Source: Paracoccaceae bacterium
GTDB lineage: Bacteria > Pseudomonadota > Alphaproteobacteria > Rhodobacterales > Rhodobacteraceae
NCBI GenBank assembly: GCA_013214575.1
Contig: JABSSD010000025.1
Coordinates: forward strand, 468 to 64,467
Direction of reading: 5' to 3'
Length of the DNA: 64,000 nucleotides
Shown here one piece after another: positions 26,467 through 36,864 of the stretch. Under the pieces are notes generated by a model that saw nothing but the letters and a program-made list of their open reading frames with translations, had not been told where the DNA came from and did not search any database. Position 1 is the first letter of the stretch. Each line of letters starts with the position of its first letter. The position numbers and the translations under genes were made by a program.

Positions 26467-27342
26467 ATGTTTACTGTCACCCTTCTTTGCAGTCCTGCCG
26501 CCCCTTCACTGGACCCGGCGCTGGTTGATTCGCTGCGCAACGCCTGGGGCGGCGGCGATGCCATCTGGCTTGCCCCGGACGAGGCGGCCGAGTTTGTGGT
26601 CGACACCCGACCCGACAATCAATGGGGCGTTTGGGCCGACCTGCAGGGCATGGGCGTGGATCTGGCAATCCAACAGACCGCAGGTCGCCGCAAGAAGATG
26701 CTGCTGGCTGATATGGACAGCACCATGATCCAGCAAGAATGCATTGATGAGCTGGCCGAAGAGGCCGGTGTGGGCGCCCGCGTCAAGGACATCACCGCCC
26801 GCGCCATGAATGGCGAGCTGGATTTTGACGGCGCGCTGATCGAACGGGTTGGCCTGCTGAAAGGCCTGCCCGAAAGCGTCATCGCCAAGGTTCTCGACGA
26901 GCGCATCACCCTGATGCCCGGCGGCCCGACTCTGTTGGCGACGATGAAGGCCAACGGCGCCTATGCGGCGCTGGTGTCGGGTGGCTTTACCGCCTTCACC
27001 ACCAAAGTTGCGGCTGAGCTGGGCTTTGACGAAAACCGCGCCAATACGCTGCATGTGGCTGACGGCAAACTGACCGGTGAGGCGGGACGCCCCATACTGG
27101 GACGCCAGGCCAAGGTCGAGGCGCTGGAACAGATCACCGCCAGGCTGGGCATCACCGAGGCGGATGTGCTTGCGGTGGGTGACGGGGCCAATGATCTGGG
27201 CATGTTAAAGCGCGCCGGCGCCGGGGTTGCGCTGCATGCCAAGCCCTCGGTTGCAGCCGAATGTGACATTCGCATCAATCATGGAGACCTGACCGCCCTG
27301 CTGTATGTGCAGGGCTACAGCCGCGACGAATTCAAAGGATAA
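26467..27342 (+). CDS. serB: Phosphoserine phosphatase
   Basis: HAD motifs LLADMDSTMIQQE (DxDxT), SGGF and VGDGANDL. ATG at 26467 (MFTVTLLCSP). Confidence 0.85.
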   Translation: MFTVTLLCSPAAPSLDPALVDSLRNAWGGGDAIWLAPDEAAEFVVDTRPDNQWGVWADLQGMGVDLAIQQTAGRRKKMLLADMDSTMIQQECIDELAEEAGVGARVKDITARAMNGELDFDGALIERVGLLKGLPESVIAKVLDERITLMPGGPTLLATMKANGAYAALVSGGFTAFTTKVAAELGFDENRANTLHVADGKLTGEAGRPILGRQAKVEALEQITARLGITEADVLAVGDGANDLGMLKRAGAGVALHAKPSVAAECDIRINHGDLTALLYVQGYSRDEFKG

Positions 27343-27345
27343 TTA

Positions 27346-28104
27346 ATGCTGGAAGTGGGTTTTGAGACCCTGCTGCTGTTATTGGCGGTGGGATTTGTTG
27401 CGGGGTTCATGGATGCCGTTGCCGGTGGTGGAGGCCTGATCACGGTGCCAATACTGATGTTGGCGGGGGCCAATCCGCTGACGGCACTGGCCACCAATAA
27501 GATCCAGGGCCTGTTCGGCGCGGCCACCGCGACACTGACCTATGCGCGTGGCGGTCATGTCAATCTGCGCCAGCAAGGCGGCTCGGCACTGATTGCCTTT
27601 GCCGCCTCCATCGCCGGGGCGCTGCTGGTTTCGATGCTACCCACCGGTTGGATCCGAATGATCTTGCCTGTGCTGCTGATTGGCATCGCGGTGTTCTTTG
27701 CCACCAAAAAGGGGCTGGGGGACACCGACCGGCATCGGCGGATGACCCCGGTTCTGTTTGCTGCAACCATGGTGCCCCTGTGCGGCGCCTATGACGGGCT
27801 GCTGGGGCCGGGCGCCGGCAGTTTCTACATGATCGCCTTTATCACGATGGCGGGTTACGGCATTCTAAAGGCCACCGCCCACACCAAATTGCTCAACCTT
27901 GCCTCAAATGCCGGCGCCCTGCTGGCCTTTGCCTTTGTGGCAACGCCCTGGTGGATCACCGGGTTGGCGATGGGAGTGGCGCAAATTGCCGGCGCCTATG
28001 CAGGCGCGAAAATGGCCCAAAAACAGGGGGCACGATTGATCAAGCCGCTGCTGGTGGTCACTTCGGTTATCCTGGCGCTGAAACTGCTGTGGGACATGAT
28101 CTGA
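27346..28104 (+). CDS. TauE/SafE (TSUP) family membrane transporter
   Basis: 252-aa polytopic ORF with VAGFMDAVAGGGGLITVPILM. Confidence 0.8.
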   Translation: MLEVGFETLLLLLAVGFVAGFMDAVAGGGGLITVPILMLAGANPLTALATNKIQGLFGAATATLTYARGGHVNLRQQGGSALIAFAASIAGALLVSMLPTGWIRMILPVLLIGIAVFFATKKGLGDTDRHRRMTPVLFAATMVPLCGAYDGLLGPGAGSFYMIAFITMAGYGILKATAHTKLLNLASNAGALLAFAFVATPWWITGLAMGVAQIAGAYAGAKMAQKQGARLIKPLLVVTSVILALKLLWDMI

Positions 28105-28155
28105 CCCGTTCGGGCGACCGCCCCCCCCTCCCCAAAACACTTAACACTTGCCTTA

Positions 28156-28173
28156 ATTAACACATAAGTTAAT
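28156..28173. promoter_or_regulatory. Short inverted repeat upstream of arsR-type gene; candidate operator
   Basis: attaac-N6-gttaat within an AT-rich stretch. Weak evidence. Confidence 0.25.
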
Positions 28174-28182
28174 AATGACATC

Positions 28183-28503
28183 ATGACACCGCTTCTAAAA
28201 TCATTTTCCGCACTGGCTGACGAGGTCCGCATGTCGATTGTGGACCAGCTGATGGACCACGGCGAATTACCGGCGGGGGATCTGGTGCGCGGCTCGGGGC
28301 TCACTGCGCCGGCCATTTCGCGACATCTAAAGGTCCTGCGCGAGGCCGGTTTGATACAGCAGCGCGCCGAGGGCACCCGGCGGCTGTATTCCGCCCGCCC
28401 CGAAGGGCTGCAATTGATCGCCACCTGGACCAAATCAAAGCGCGAATTTTGGGAAACCAGCCTGCACCGGCTAGAGACGGCGCTGATGGAGGACGAAATA
28501 TGA
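28183..28503 (+). CDS. ArsR/SmtB-family transcriptional regulator
   Basis: 106-aa ORF with LADEVRMSIVDQLMDHGELPAGDLVRGSGLTAPAISRHLKVLREAGLI. Confidence 0.85.
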   Translation: MTPLLKSFSALADEVRMSIVDQLMDHGELPAGDLVRGSGLTAPAISRHLKVLREAGLIQQRAEGTRRLYSARPEGLQLIATWTKSKREFWETSLHRLETALMEDEI

Positions 28504-28928
28504 CCGACCTACGGCTGGAACGCGATTTCTCAGTGACCCCCGAACACTTGTTCCATTGGCTGACAACGCCGGAAAAACTGCTGAAATGGTGGGGCCCCGA
28601 GGGCATGCATGTGCCCGAACATGATCTTGACCTCAGCCGCACCGGGCCGTGGTTTTCGATCATGCGCAATGATGAGGGTCAGAACTTCAAAGTCTCAGGC
28701 CAGGTCACCCATGTGGAGGCGCCAAAATCGGTTGGCTTTACCTGGGGCTGGCATGACGACGATGACCAACGCGGCACCGAAAGCCATGTGACCTTTACCG
28801 TGGTCGCCACCGAGGCCGGAGCCCGGCTTTTGATTGATCACCGCGCGCTGGACGACAGCGCGCAAAGCGCCCGGCACGAAGCAGGCTGGACATCCTCCCT
28901 GCGCAAACTGGCGGCAAATATCACCTGA
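28500..28928 (+). CDS. SRPBCC (AHSA1/START-like) domain protein
   Basis: The ATG overlaps the arsR stop (ATGA). FSVTPEHLFHWLTTPEKLLKWWGPEG. ArsR plus SRPBCC is a common pairing. Confidence 0.75.
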   Translation: MTDLRLERDFSVTPEHLFHWLTTPEKLLKWWGPEGMHVPEHDLDLSRTGPWFSIMRNDEGQNFKVSGQVTHVEAPKSVGFTWGWHDDDDQRGTESHVTFTVVATEAGARLLIDHRALDDSAQSARHEAGWTSSLRKLAANIT

Positions 28929-28992
28929 TCACCCCAGTACTTTAACCCGTTACTACTTTAACCCGTTATTTTTTAACACAAGGATACTCGCA

Positions 28993-29307
28993 ATGGCTCA
29001 GTTCATTTTCGCCTATCATGGTGGCAAGAAGCCCGACACTCCCGAAGACGGCGCCAAGGTCATGCAGGCCTGGAAAGACTGGATGGGATCGATGGGAGAC
29101 GCCCTGATCGTTCCGGGCGCACCGGTTGGCATGTCCAAAACCGTCAGTGCCAGTGGTCTTGCGGATGATGGCGGCGCCAACCCACTGTCTGGTTATTCGG
29201 TGGTCGAGGCCGTCAGTATCGATGCCGCCAGCGAAATGGCCAAGGGGTGCCCCATGGTCGTCGATGGCGATGGTTCGGTTGAAGTGGCCGAAATCCTGGA
29301 AATGTAG
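28993..29307 (+). CDS. YciI-like (YCII-related) small protein
   Basis: 104-aa ORF from the ATG at 28993 (MAQFIFAYHGGKKPDTPEDGAKVMQAWKDWM). Confidence 0.6.
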   Translation: MAQFIFAYHGGKKPDTPEDGAKVMQAWKDWMGSMGDALIVPGAPVGMSKTVSASGLADDGGANPLSGYSVVEAVSIDAASEMAKGCPMVVDGDGSVEVAEILEM

Positions 29308-29312
29308 TAACT

Positions 29313-29334
29313 TGCCCGGCCTATTGGCCGGGCA
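29313..29334. terminator. Bidirectional hairpin between convergent genes
   Basis: tgcccggcc-tatt-ggccgggca read directly. Confidence 0.6.
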
Positions 29335-29344
29335 GAACAGACAC

Positions 29345-30343
29345 TCAGAATAGCAATTCAGCAGCAGGCCGCACCGTGCCACAGTTGATACCGCGACGGT
29401 TCAACAGCGGCGCATTCATGTACTTCACCGTCTCAGGATGATTGGCATCCAAAACCCCCAGTGACACCAGAATGGCAGCAATCGCACATTCGCTGGCGCG
29501 GGTCGCACCATCTGCAATTTTCAGGGCGATGCCCATACGTTTCTCTGGAATGATCGCCACAAAGACCGCCTCGGCCCCGGTCTTGATCGCCACCTTGCCA
29601 CCCATGGCGCGCATCAGGTTGGTACAGGCCCTGCCCTCGCCGGCCACCAGATCAGGGTGCTGGGTCATTGCCGCCACCAATTGCTGACCCGCAACCGACG
29701 CCCGGTCCGAACGGTCCGCTGCTGATGCAAACCAGGCCATCGACCGCGCCATGCCGGTGACCGTGGTGGCAAAGTTCGGCGCCGAACATCCATCAATGCC
29801 ATAACAGGGACTATCCTGACCTGTGGTCTCTTCAAACGCCGCCAAACCGGCCTGCTGCACCGGGTGGTCCACCTCGACATACTCCGGACCAGCCCCCATG
29901 TGCTTGGCCAGCGTCAGAAAGCCGGCGTGCTTGCCAGAACAATTGTTATGCACCTGACAGGGGCTGGCATCCGTTTTGATCAGCGCGTTGCGCGCCGGGA
30001 TATCACTGGGCATTTGCGGGCCACAGCGGAAATCACCATCGCTCAGCCCCAGTTGCGACAGCCATGCGTTGACCCGGCTGGTGTGGATTGCAGCCCCATT
30101 GTGCGACGCACAGGCCAAGGCCAGCTGTTCACTGGTCAGGCCAAACTTTTCAGCCGCCCCCGAGGTGATCAACGGCAGCGCCTGGATCATCTTAGAGGAA
30201 CTGCGCGGATAGATCACCGCGTCCGGATCCCCCCAGCTGCGGACCACCTGGCCGCTGTCGTCACAGACAACCGCATGACCCAGATGAAGGCTCTCGAGCA
30301 ACTGCCCACGCCAGATTTCAGCCATCGGAACCGGATTTGTCAT
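29345..30343 (-). CDS. Asparaginase family protein (L-asparaginase II-like, PF06089 type)
   Basis: 332-aa ORF with YPRSSSKMIQALPL, CASHNG and NNCSGKHAGFL. Confidence 0.75.
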   Translation of the reverse strand: MTNPVPMAEIWRGQLLESLHLGHAVVCDDSGQVVRSWGDPDAVIYPRSSSKMIQALPLITSGAAEKFGLTSEQLALACASHNGAAIHTSRVNAWLSQLGLSDGDFRCGPQMPSDIPARNALIKTDASPCQVHNNCSGKHAGFLTLAKHMGAGPEYVEVDHPVQQAGLAAFEETTGQDSPCYGIDGCSAPNFATTVTGMARSMAWFASAADRSDRASVAGQQLVAAMTQHPDLVAGEGRACTNLMRAMGGKVAIKTGAEAVFVAIIPEKRMGIALKIADGATRASECAIAAILVSLGVLDANHPETVKYMNAPLLNRRGINCGTVRPAAELLF

Positions 30344-30512
30344 GCTATTAGCCCTTTTTCTTGGCGATTTCCTGCCAATCGCACTTTCTCCAGTGGTGCT
30401 AATGTCGTTTGTGTGGTTGTGTCAACCTGCGAGAGGAATTGGCCTAGACGGTGGCGAACACTGCAGGTCCTCTGGCGTTATTGAGGTTATGACAGTCTTG
30501 GAGTCGGGACAA

Positions 30513-31049
30513 ATGGCATCGAAATTTGCCCATGCAATCGGGAGCCTGTGTCTGGCCGGTATCATCGCCACCACAGCAAATGCACAACAAGCCCAAAGCA
30601 CCAACCGCGTTGCCGCCAACGTGGACTGGAGTGTGTTTCAGGGAAATGAACCCACTGAATGCTGGGGCGTCTCAGCCCCCAAGGAATCGGTCAACACCCG
30701 CGATGGCCGCGTTGTTGCCGTGCGCCGCAGCCAAATTCAGCTGTTTGTTTTCTACCGCCCCGACGGGGCTGAAAGCGGCCAGCTAACCTTTACCGGCGGC
30801 TATCCATTTGCCCCCGGGTCCACTGTGAACATGAAAATTGGCGAATCCGAGTTCGAGCTGTTCACCGAGGGGGAATGGGCCTGGCCCGCAACTGCAGCCG
30901 ACGATACCAAAATCATCACCGCGATGAAGCGCGGCTCGCAGGCGGTTCTGACCGCACGATCCGCCCGTGGCACCCAGACCCAGGACAGTTTCTCGCTGCT
31001 TGGCTTCACCGCTGCCGTCGAAGACGCTGACAAGCGCTGCGCCAAATAA
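30513..31049 (+). CDS. Invasion-associated locus B (IalB) family periplasmic protein
   Basis: ATG at 30513 with signal peptide MASKFAHAIGSLCLAGIIATTANA and IalB-like blocks WSVF..ECWGVS. Confidence 0.65.
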   Translation: MASKFAHAIGSLCLAGIIATTANAQQAQSTNRVAANVDWSVFQGNEPTECWGVSAPKESVNTRDGRVVAVRRSQIQLFVFYRPDGAESGQLTFTGGYPFAPGSTVNMKIGESEFELFTEGEWAWPATAADDTKIITAMKRGSQAVLTARSARGTQTQDSFSLLGFTAAVEDADKRCAK

Positions 31050-31235
31050 TCCAGCCTTTTTAAAAACCCGGGTACCCTCCTGCATCGCATAGACGCGGGG
31101 GGTTTTGCCGCTGCGGGCAGCCGTTGGCCTTACCAATCCGCGACGGCCAGCAACAATTAAGACCGAATACTTTTGATTTTGGCGAAAACTCCTATATAGA
31201 GCTGCATCCACTCTCTTAGCTCCGAGTCCAAAGCC

Positions 31236-32423
31236 ATGACAGCCGACACACCGATCACCCAAGACGTTTTAACCTTGCCCCGCAAGCTTCCCGAGGGCGG
31301 CAAGATCAATCTTGTCGGCCAGACGCGTGACCAATTGCGGGCGACGCTGATCGACCTTGGCACCCCAGAGAAGAAGGCCAAAATGCGGGTCGGCCAGATC
31401 TGGCAATGGATCTATCAGTGGGGCAAACGCGACTTTGCCGAGATGACCAACCTGTCCAAGGACCTGCGCGCCGACCTGGCCCAGCACTGTGTCATTGAAA
31501 TCCCAGAAGTGATCACCAAACAAGTGTCGACTGACGGCACCCGCAAATATCTGGTTCGCATCGCCGGCGGTCACGAGGTCGAGGTGGTTTATATCCCCGA
31601 AACCGATCGCGGCACCCTGTGCATCTCGTCTCAGGTGGGCTGCACCCTGACCTGTTCGTTCTGTCACACCGGCACCCAGAAACTGGTCCGCAACCTGACA
31701 TCTGCCGAGATCATCGGTCAGGTGATGATGGCACGCGACGATCTGGACGAATGGCCGGTGCCCGGCACCCGCTCGGATGACCGCACCCGGCGGCTGTCCA
31801 ATATCGTGCTGATGGGCATGGGTGAGCCACTGTATAACTTTGACAACGTCCGCGACGCGATGAAGATCGCAATGGACCCCGAAGGCATTCAACTCAGCCG
31901 CCGCCGCATTACCCTGTCGACATCCGGCGTCGTCCCCGAGATTGCCCGCACCGCGCAAGAGATCGGCTGCATGCTGGCGATCTCGTTCCACGCCACCACC
32001 GATGAGGTGCGCGACAAGCTGGTGCCGATCAACAAACGCTGGAACCTGGAGAAATTACTGCAGGCGCTGCGGGACTATCCCCGGGTTGCCAACTCCGAAC
32101 GTATCACCTTTGAATATGTGATGCTGGACCACGTCAATGACAGCAAGGAAGACGCCCATCGTCTGGTCGAACTGATCAAGGGCATCCCGGCCAAGATCAA
32201 CTTGATCCCGTTCAACGAATGGCCCGGTGCCCCCTACAAGCGCAGCTCGGGCAACCGCATCCACGCCTTTGCCGATATCATCCACGAGGCGGGCTATGCC
32301 TCGCCGATCCGTCGTCCGCGCGGCGAGGACATCATGGCGGCCTGTGGTCAGTTGAAATCCGCCACCGAACGCGCCCGCAAAAGCCGCAAGCAGATCGAAG
32401 CCGAGGCGGGAATGAACTCCTGA
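31236..32423 (+). CDS. rlmN: 23S rRNA/tRNA (adenine-C2)-methyltransferase, radical SAM
   Basis: 395-aa ORF with [12 protein letters not shown] (CxxxCxxC) and C-terminal [11 protein letters not shown]. Confidence 0.9.
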   Translation: MTADTPITQDVLTLPRKLPEGGKINLVGQTRDQLRATLIDLGTPEKKAKMRVGQIWQWIYQWGKRDFAEMTNLSKDLRADLAQHCVIEIPEVITKQVSTDGTRKYLVRIAGGHEVEVVYIPETDRGTLCISSQVGCTLTCSFCHTGTQKLVRNLTSAEIIGQVMMARDDLDEWPVPGTRSDDRTRRLSNIVLMGMGEPLYNFDNVRDAMKIAMDPEGIQLSRRRITLSTSGVVPEIARTAQEIGCMLAISFHATTDEVRDKLVPINKRWNLEKLLQALRDYPRVANSERITFEYVMLDHVNDSKEDAHRLVELIKGIPAKINLIPFNEWPGAPYKRSSGNRIHAFADIIHEAGYASPIRRPRGEDIMAACGQLKSATERARKSRKQIEAEAGMNS

Positions 32424-32477
32424 CTCCTGGCGGCGTCCAGAATACTTAAAACGCTCTGGTTCACCCCTATTTGCGAT

Positions 32478-32526
32478 CCGGCGTTTACGCCGGACAGCGC
32501 CCGACCGCCCCCATGGGCGGGCGCTG
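32478..32526 (+). terminator. Two consecutive GC hairpins downstream of rlmN
   Basis: ccggcg-ttta-cgccgg, then cagcgcccg-N14-cgggcgctg. Confidence 0.4.
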
Positions 32527-32702
32527 CCCTCTACTCGAATGGGCGTCGTTGCAAATTAGGCCAGCACCACTCCAAACACTTTCTTCACGCATGGGGCAGC
32601 CCGCCACATGTTGCCTCAACTTTACCTCAATTCCGGTACAGTTTCGCCATCCTGAACAATCAGTTTCTATTCTGAGGACAATCAATTTAGGAGACCAGAA
32701 AA

Positions 32703-32912
32703 ATGGCACAGGCAGATATTGGCGGCAGCATGATCGAGGATGGCGTTTTGGCTTTGGTCCGCGATGAGCGGGAAAAAGCACTGAGCGCGCGGGAATGGAA
32801 ATTCCGCCTGAGGGGCTACGGATATGCAATCAAAGATGTGCGCGGCGCACAGGTTTTGACCAGCCTGCCCCAGGGCGTTGTGCTGGGCGTGCTGCCAACT
32901 GACATGGCCTAA
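32703..32912 (+). CDS. Small hypothetical protein (69 aa)
   Basis: The ORF is preceded by AGGAGA and shows coding-like composition. No family recognised. Confidence 0.45.
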   Translation: MAQADIGGSMIEDGVLALVRDEREKALSAREWKFRLRGYGYAIKDVRGAQVLTSLPQGVVLGVLPTDMA

Positions 32913-32957
32913 CCCACCCAGCAGATATCTTTGATTATTCCAGACTGCAGCGGCGGA

Positions 32958-33806
32958 TCATTTATCCCGCCCGGGAAGATTATCGCGCGGCGGTGCGGGC
33001 TCCCAGTTTTCAATGAGCTCCATCGCCTCTTGCGCGGTATCGACAAAGCGAAACAGGTCAAGATCCTGATCGGAAATTGTGCCGGCATCGGCCAGCGCAT
33101 CCCAGTTGATGACCTTTTCCCAGAACGCCTTGCCAAACAGCAGGAACGGCACCCGCTCCATCCGGCCCGTCTGGATCAGGGTCAGGCTCTCAAACATTTC
33201 GTCCATGGTGCCAAAACCACCGGGGAACACGCAGATCGCCCGCGCCCGCATCAGGAAATGCATTTTGCGGATGGCAAAATAATGGAAGTTAAAGCTGAGA
33301 TCCGGGGTCACATACTGGTTCGGTGCCTGTTCATGCGGCAACACAATGCTCAACCCAATCGAGACCCCGCCCGCATCCATCGCCCCACGATTGCCGGCCT
33401 CCATCACGCCGGGACCACCGCCGGTGACAATCACATGCTCATGGCCGCCGGTCTCGATCGACTTCAGCGTCATCAAACGGGCGAACTCACGCGCCTCATC
33501 ATAATAATCCGACAGATCCGCCAGGGTTTGAGTGCGCGCCTGATCCTTATGCTCAGGATCCGGAATACGGGCGCCGCCAAACAACACAATAGTGCTTTTG
33601 ATGCCGCGTTCGTCCAGCAACAATTGCGGTTTCAGCAGTTCCAGCTGTAGCCGTACCGGGCGCAGCTCTTCCCGGCAGAGGAAATCTTCATCGGCAAAGG
33701 CCAGGCGATAAGCCGACGAATCACTCTGAGGTGTCGAAGGCACATGTTCAGCCTGATCCCGGTCAGAATGGGCGTCGCGAAATCGGCTGTGGCGGTCATC
33801 ACTCAT
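32958..33806 (-). CDS. LOG-family (TIGR00730) nucleotide 5'-monophosphate nucleosidase
   Basis: Motifs GGGPGVMEA and PGGFGTMDEMFE. Confidence 0.85.
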   Translation of the reverse strand: MSDDRHSRFRDAHSDRDQAEHVPSTPQSDSSAYRLAFADEDFLCREELRPVRLQLELLKPQLLLDERGIKSTIVLFGGARIPDPEHKDQARTQTLADLSDYYDEAREFARLMTLKSIETGGHEHVIVTGGGPGVMEAGNRGAMDAGGVSIGLSIVLPHEQAPNQYVTPDLSFNFHYFAIRKMHFLMRARAICVFPGGFGTMDEMFESLTLIQTGRMERVPFLLFGKAFWEKVINWDALADAGTISDQDLDLFRFVDTAQEAMELIENWEPAPPRDNLPGRDK

Positions 33807-33880
33807 TTTGGGATCCTGCTTGCGTGTTTTATTTCAGCCTATAAGGTCAACCGCCGCAACACTAGGCAAAGGCACGTGAG

Positions 33881-34801
33881 ATGGGTTGGAAAAGCGACAT
33901 TGAGGCCGCTGCGGAGCGGATTAAGGGCCATATCCAGCTCACGCCGGTGATGCAGGTCGATGGATTCGGAACAAACGCCCCGGTTGAACTGAAACTGGAG
34001 CACATGCAGCACACCGGCAGCTTCAAGGCGCGCGGAGCATTCAACACCCTGCTCAGCCAGCAGGTGCCGGCGGCGGGGCTGGTGGCGGCATCCGGCGGCA
34101 ACCACGGTGCTGCGGTGGGATATGCGGCCCATAAGCTGGGGCACCGGGCGCGGATCTACGTCCCCGAAATGGCCGGTCCTGCCAAAATCGCCCTGATCCG
34201 CAACTCGGGCGCAGATCTGCAAGTGGTTTCCGGGGCCTATTCCAATGCCCTTGAACTGGCACAGCTCTACGAAGCCGAGACCGGAGCCATGCAGGTACAC
34301 GCCTATGACGCCGCCGCCACCGTCAGCGGCCAGGGCACATGTTTCGCCGAATGGCAGGCGCAGGGATTACAGGCTGATACTCTGCTGATTGCGGTTGGTG
34401 GCGGGGGCTTGATCGCCGGCGCCATGGCCTGGTTTGACGGCGCCAAAAAGATCGTCGCAGTGGAACCGGAAACCTCCTGTGCCCTGAACGCCGCCCTGCG
34501 GAGCCAACACCCGGTTGATGTCGAGGTCTCGGGCGTTGCCGCCAATGCGCTGGGGGCCAAACGGGTCGGCAATATCTGTTTCAACCTGGCCACATCGCAA
34601 AACACCACATCTGTCACGGTCACAGACAGGGCGATCACTACGGCCCAGAAAGCCCTGTGGATGCAGCATCGGATTCTGGTCGAACCGGCAGGGGCCACCG
34701 CACTGGCAGCGCTGATGTCCGGCGCCTACCGCCCCGCAGCGGATGAACGCGTTGCCGTACTGATTTGTGGCGGCAATATAGCGCCTGATCCGCTGGGATA
34801 G
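33881..34801 (+). CDS. Threonine/serine dehydratase-family PLP enzyme
   Basis: 306-aa ORF with LEHMQHTGSFKARGAFN and GGGGLIAG. Confidence 0.8.
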   Translation: MGWKSDIEAAAERIKGHIQLTPVMQVDGFGTNAPVELKLEHMQHTGSFKARGAFNTLLSQQVPAAGLVAASGGNHGAAVGYAAHKLGHRARIYVPEMAGPAKIALIRNSGADLQVVSGAYSNALELAQLYEAETGAMQVHAYDAAATVSGQGTCFAEWQAQGLQADTLLIAVGGGGLIAGAMAWFDGAKKIVAVEPETSCALNAALRSQHPVDVEVSGVAANALGAKRVGNICFNLATSQNTTSVTVTDRAITTAQKALWMQHRILVEPAGATALAALMSGAYRPAADERVAVLICGGNIAPDPLG

Positions 34802-34839
34802 CTCTTGCAGGCCGCTGGTTAGAATTTTATCTATTATCT

Positions 34840-35439
34840 ATGACAGCCACAATCGCCGATTTCATCTATCACAGCCTCAGCGAACGCATCGTTGCAGGGG
34901 ATCTTCCCGCCGGAGAAAAACTCCGTCAGGATCATATCGCACGGGAGTTCGACACCAGCCACGTGCCAGTGCGTGAGGCCCTGCTGCGGCTCGAGGCACA
35001 TGGGCTGGCGCAGTCCATTCCAAGGCGCGGCACACGGGTCACCGCCCAGGACCCAGGCGAAATCCGAGAAGTCATCGAAATGCGAATCTCTCTCGAGATC
35101 CTCGCCCTTACCCATGCCATCGCAAACCTAAGCCAGCAGGATCTGGATGCAGCCGAAGCAGCCCGCATTGCCTGTGACGCTGCCGATGACATGGCGGCCT
35201 GGGAAAAGCTGAACCGCGGGTTTCACCGGGTGATTCTAACCCCCTGTGCGATGCCACGGCTCCTGGCCGCGATCGACGATCTTCACATTGCCTCTGCCCG
35301 TCATCTGTTCGCCAACTGGCAGCACCGGTGGAGCCGCCGCACAGACAAGGATCACGCCGCAATCGTTCAAGCAATGCTGCGCCGCGATGCCGCAGCGGCC
35401 TGTGAGATTCTGCGTCGTCACCTCCGACGGGTGCGCTGA
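34840..35439 (+). CDS. GntR-family regulator (FCD subfamily)
   Basis: 199-aa ORF with LSERIVAGDLPAGEKLRQDHIAREFDTSHVPVREALLRL. Confidence 0.8.
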   Translation: MTATIADFIYHSLSERIVAGDLPAGEKLRQDHIAREFDTSHVPVREALLRLEAHGLAQSIPRRGTRVTAQDPGEIREVIEMRISLEILALTHAIANLSQQDLDAAEAARIACDAADDMAAWEKLNRGFHRVILTPCAMPRLLAAIDDLHIASARHLFANWQHRWSRRTDKDHAAIVQAMLRRDAAAACEILRRHLRRVR

Positions 35440-35508
35440 TTTTGCGCTGCCTTAATTTTGACAATAGCATTAGCCACTGTAAATGCATGTCAATTCGAGG
35501 CGTTCAAC

Positions 35509-35946
35509 ATGTATTACTTTAATTTCACGATCCCTAACTTTTCTACCTCACAGGTCACAGGTGCTGAAACAGTTCAGCAAACCTGCGAGACAACGCTGAT
35601 AAGCACCCTGCAAACCGGCCTGACGGCAGCGGCATTCACTTGCAGTTCCGTCAAACCAGAAAACCAGATCCCTCAATTTAGGGCCCGGAAAAACGGCACC
35701 ACCTACCATATCGGGGGTCAGTTCAATACTGCGGCAAACGCCTGCAGGGTGATGGTCTTTGTGCAACATAAACGAAGCCTTCCGGAAAAACTGCTCGGGC
35801 TGAACAAAATGGCGCCGCAGAACTACATCGAGAAAACGCTTCGCGAGATGATCAGGGCACTGCCGGATGTCTCCGACCTGCAAGAATCTCAGAGTTTCGG
35901 GGGAATTGAGGTCGAGAATGGCACATTCGTTGAAATCCGGCGATGA
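35509..35946 (+). CDS. Orphan hypothetical ORF; coding status uncertain
   Basis: The only long ORF in a 560-bp gap. GC is visibly lower than in neighbours. No family or RBS recognised. Confidence 0.3.
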   Translation: MYYFNFTIPNFSTSQVTGAETVQQTCETTLISTLQTGLTAAAFTCSSVKPENQIPQFRARKNGTTYHIGGQFNTAANACRVMVFVQHKRSLPEKLLGLNKMAPQNYIEKTLREMIRALPDVSDLQESQSFGGIEVENGTFVEIRR

Positions 35947-36004
35947 CCTGAGCAGAAATTGCCGCTATGAAAGCCCGAACCATTACGTTTTCGGAGCTTA
36001 ACAT

Positions 36005-36832
36005 ATGTCCAACGCCCAGCTGGAAACCGCCATCGAAGCTGCCTGGGAGGTCCGCGATAGCATCACTCCCGCCGCTACCGGAGAGGCCCGTGAGGCCATA
36101 CAAGACACGCTGAATGCGTTGGATTCCGGCAGCCTGCGGGTCGCAGAAAAGCAGGAAAATGGCGATTGGAAGGTCAACCAATGGGCCAAAAAAGCCGTTC
36201 TTCTGGGCTTTCGCATCAAAGATATGGAAATGCAATCTGGCGGCCCACAGGGCAGCGGCTGGTGGGACAAGGTCGACAGCAAATTTAAGGGCTGGGGCGA
36301 AGAGCAATGGAAAGCAGCAGGGTTCCGCGCCGTTCCCAACGCCATCGTTCGCAAATCCGCCTTTGTCGCCCCCGGTGTGGTGCTGATGCCGTCCTTTATT
36401 AACCTAGGCGCCTATGTCGACGAAGGCACCATGGTTGACACCTGGGCCACGGTTGGGTCCTGCGCTCAGATTGGTAAGAACGTTCACCTGTCCGGTGGCG
36501 TTGGTATTGGCGGCGTGCTGGAACCGATGCAGGCCGGCCCAACCATCATCGAAGACAACTGCTTTATCGGCGCCCGTTCAGAAGTCGTCGAAGGCTGCAT
36601 CATCCGCGAAGGTGCAGTGCTTGGCATGGGAGTCTACATCGGCCAGTCCACCAAAATTGTTGACCGCGAAACTGGTGAAGTCATGTACGGAGAAGTGCCG
36701 CCTTACTCGGTGGTTGTGTCCGGCTCAATGCCATCGAAAAATGGTGTCAGCCTGTACTGCGCGGTGATTGTGAAACGCGTTGATGCTAAAACACGCTCCA
36801 AGACTGCCATCAACGAGCTTCTGCGCGACTGA
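36005..36832 (+). CDS. dapD: 2,3,4,5-tetrahydropyridine-2,6-dicarboxylate N-succinyltransferase
   Basis: 275-aa ORF with an N-terminal helical domain and hexapeptide repeats ([38 protein letters not shown]). Confidence 0.9.
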   Translation: MSNAQLETAIEAAWEVRDSITPAATGEAREAIQDTLNALDSGSLRVAEKQENGDWKVNQWAKKAVLLGFRIKDMEMQSGGPQGSGWWDKVDSKFKGWGEEQWKAAGFRAVPNAIVRKSAFVAPGVVLMPSFINLGAYVDEGTMVDTWATVGSCAQIGKNVHLSGGVGIGGVLEPMQAGPTIIEDNCFIGARSEVVEGCIIREGAVLGMGVYIGQSTKIVDRETGEVMYGEVPPYSVVVSGSMPSKNGVSLYCAVIVKRVDAKTRSKTAINELLRD

Positions 36833-36864
36833 TTCACCTCCGGTGGCTGGGGCTTTGCCCCAGA

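Noticed and set aside
31269-33650. Long antisense ORFs 31269-31991 (minus) and 32931-33650 (plus)
   Set aside because: They lie opposite rlmN and the LOG-family gene respectively, both of which have diagnostic motifs. They are shadow ORFs.
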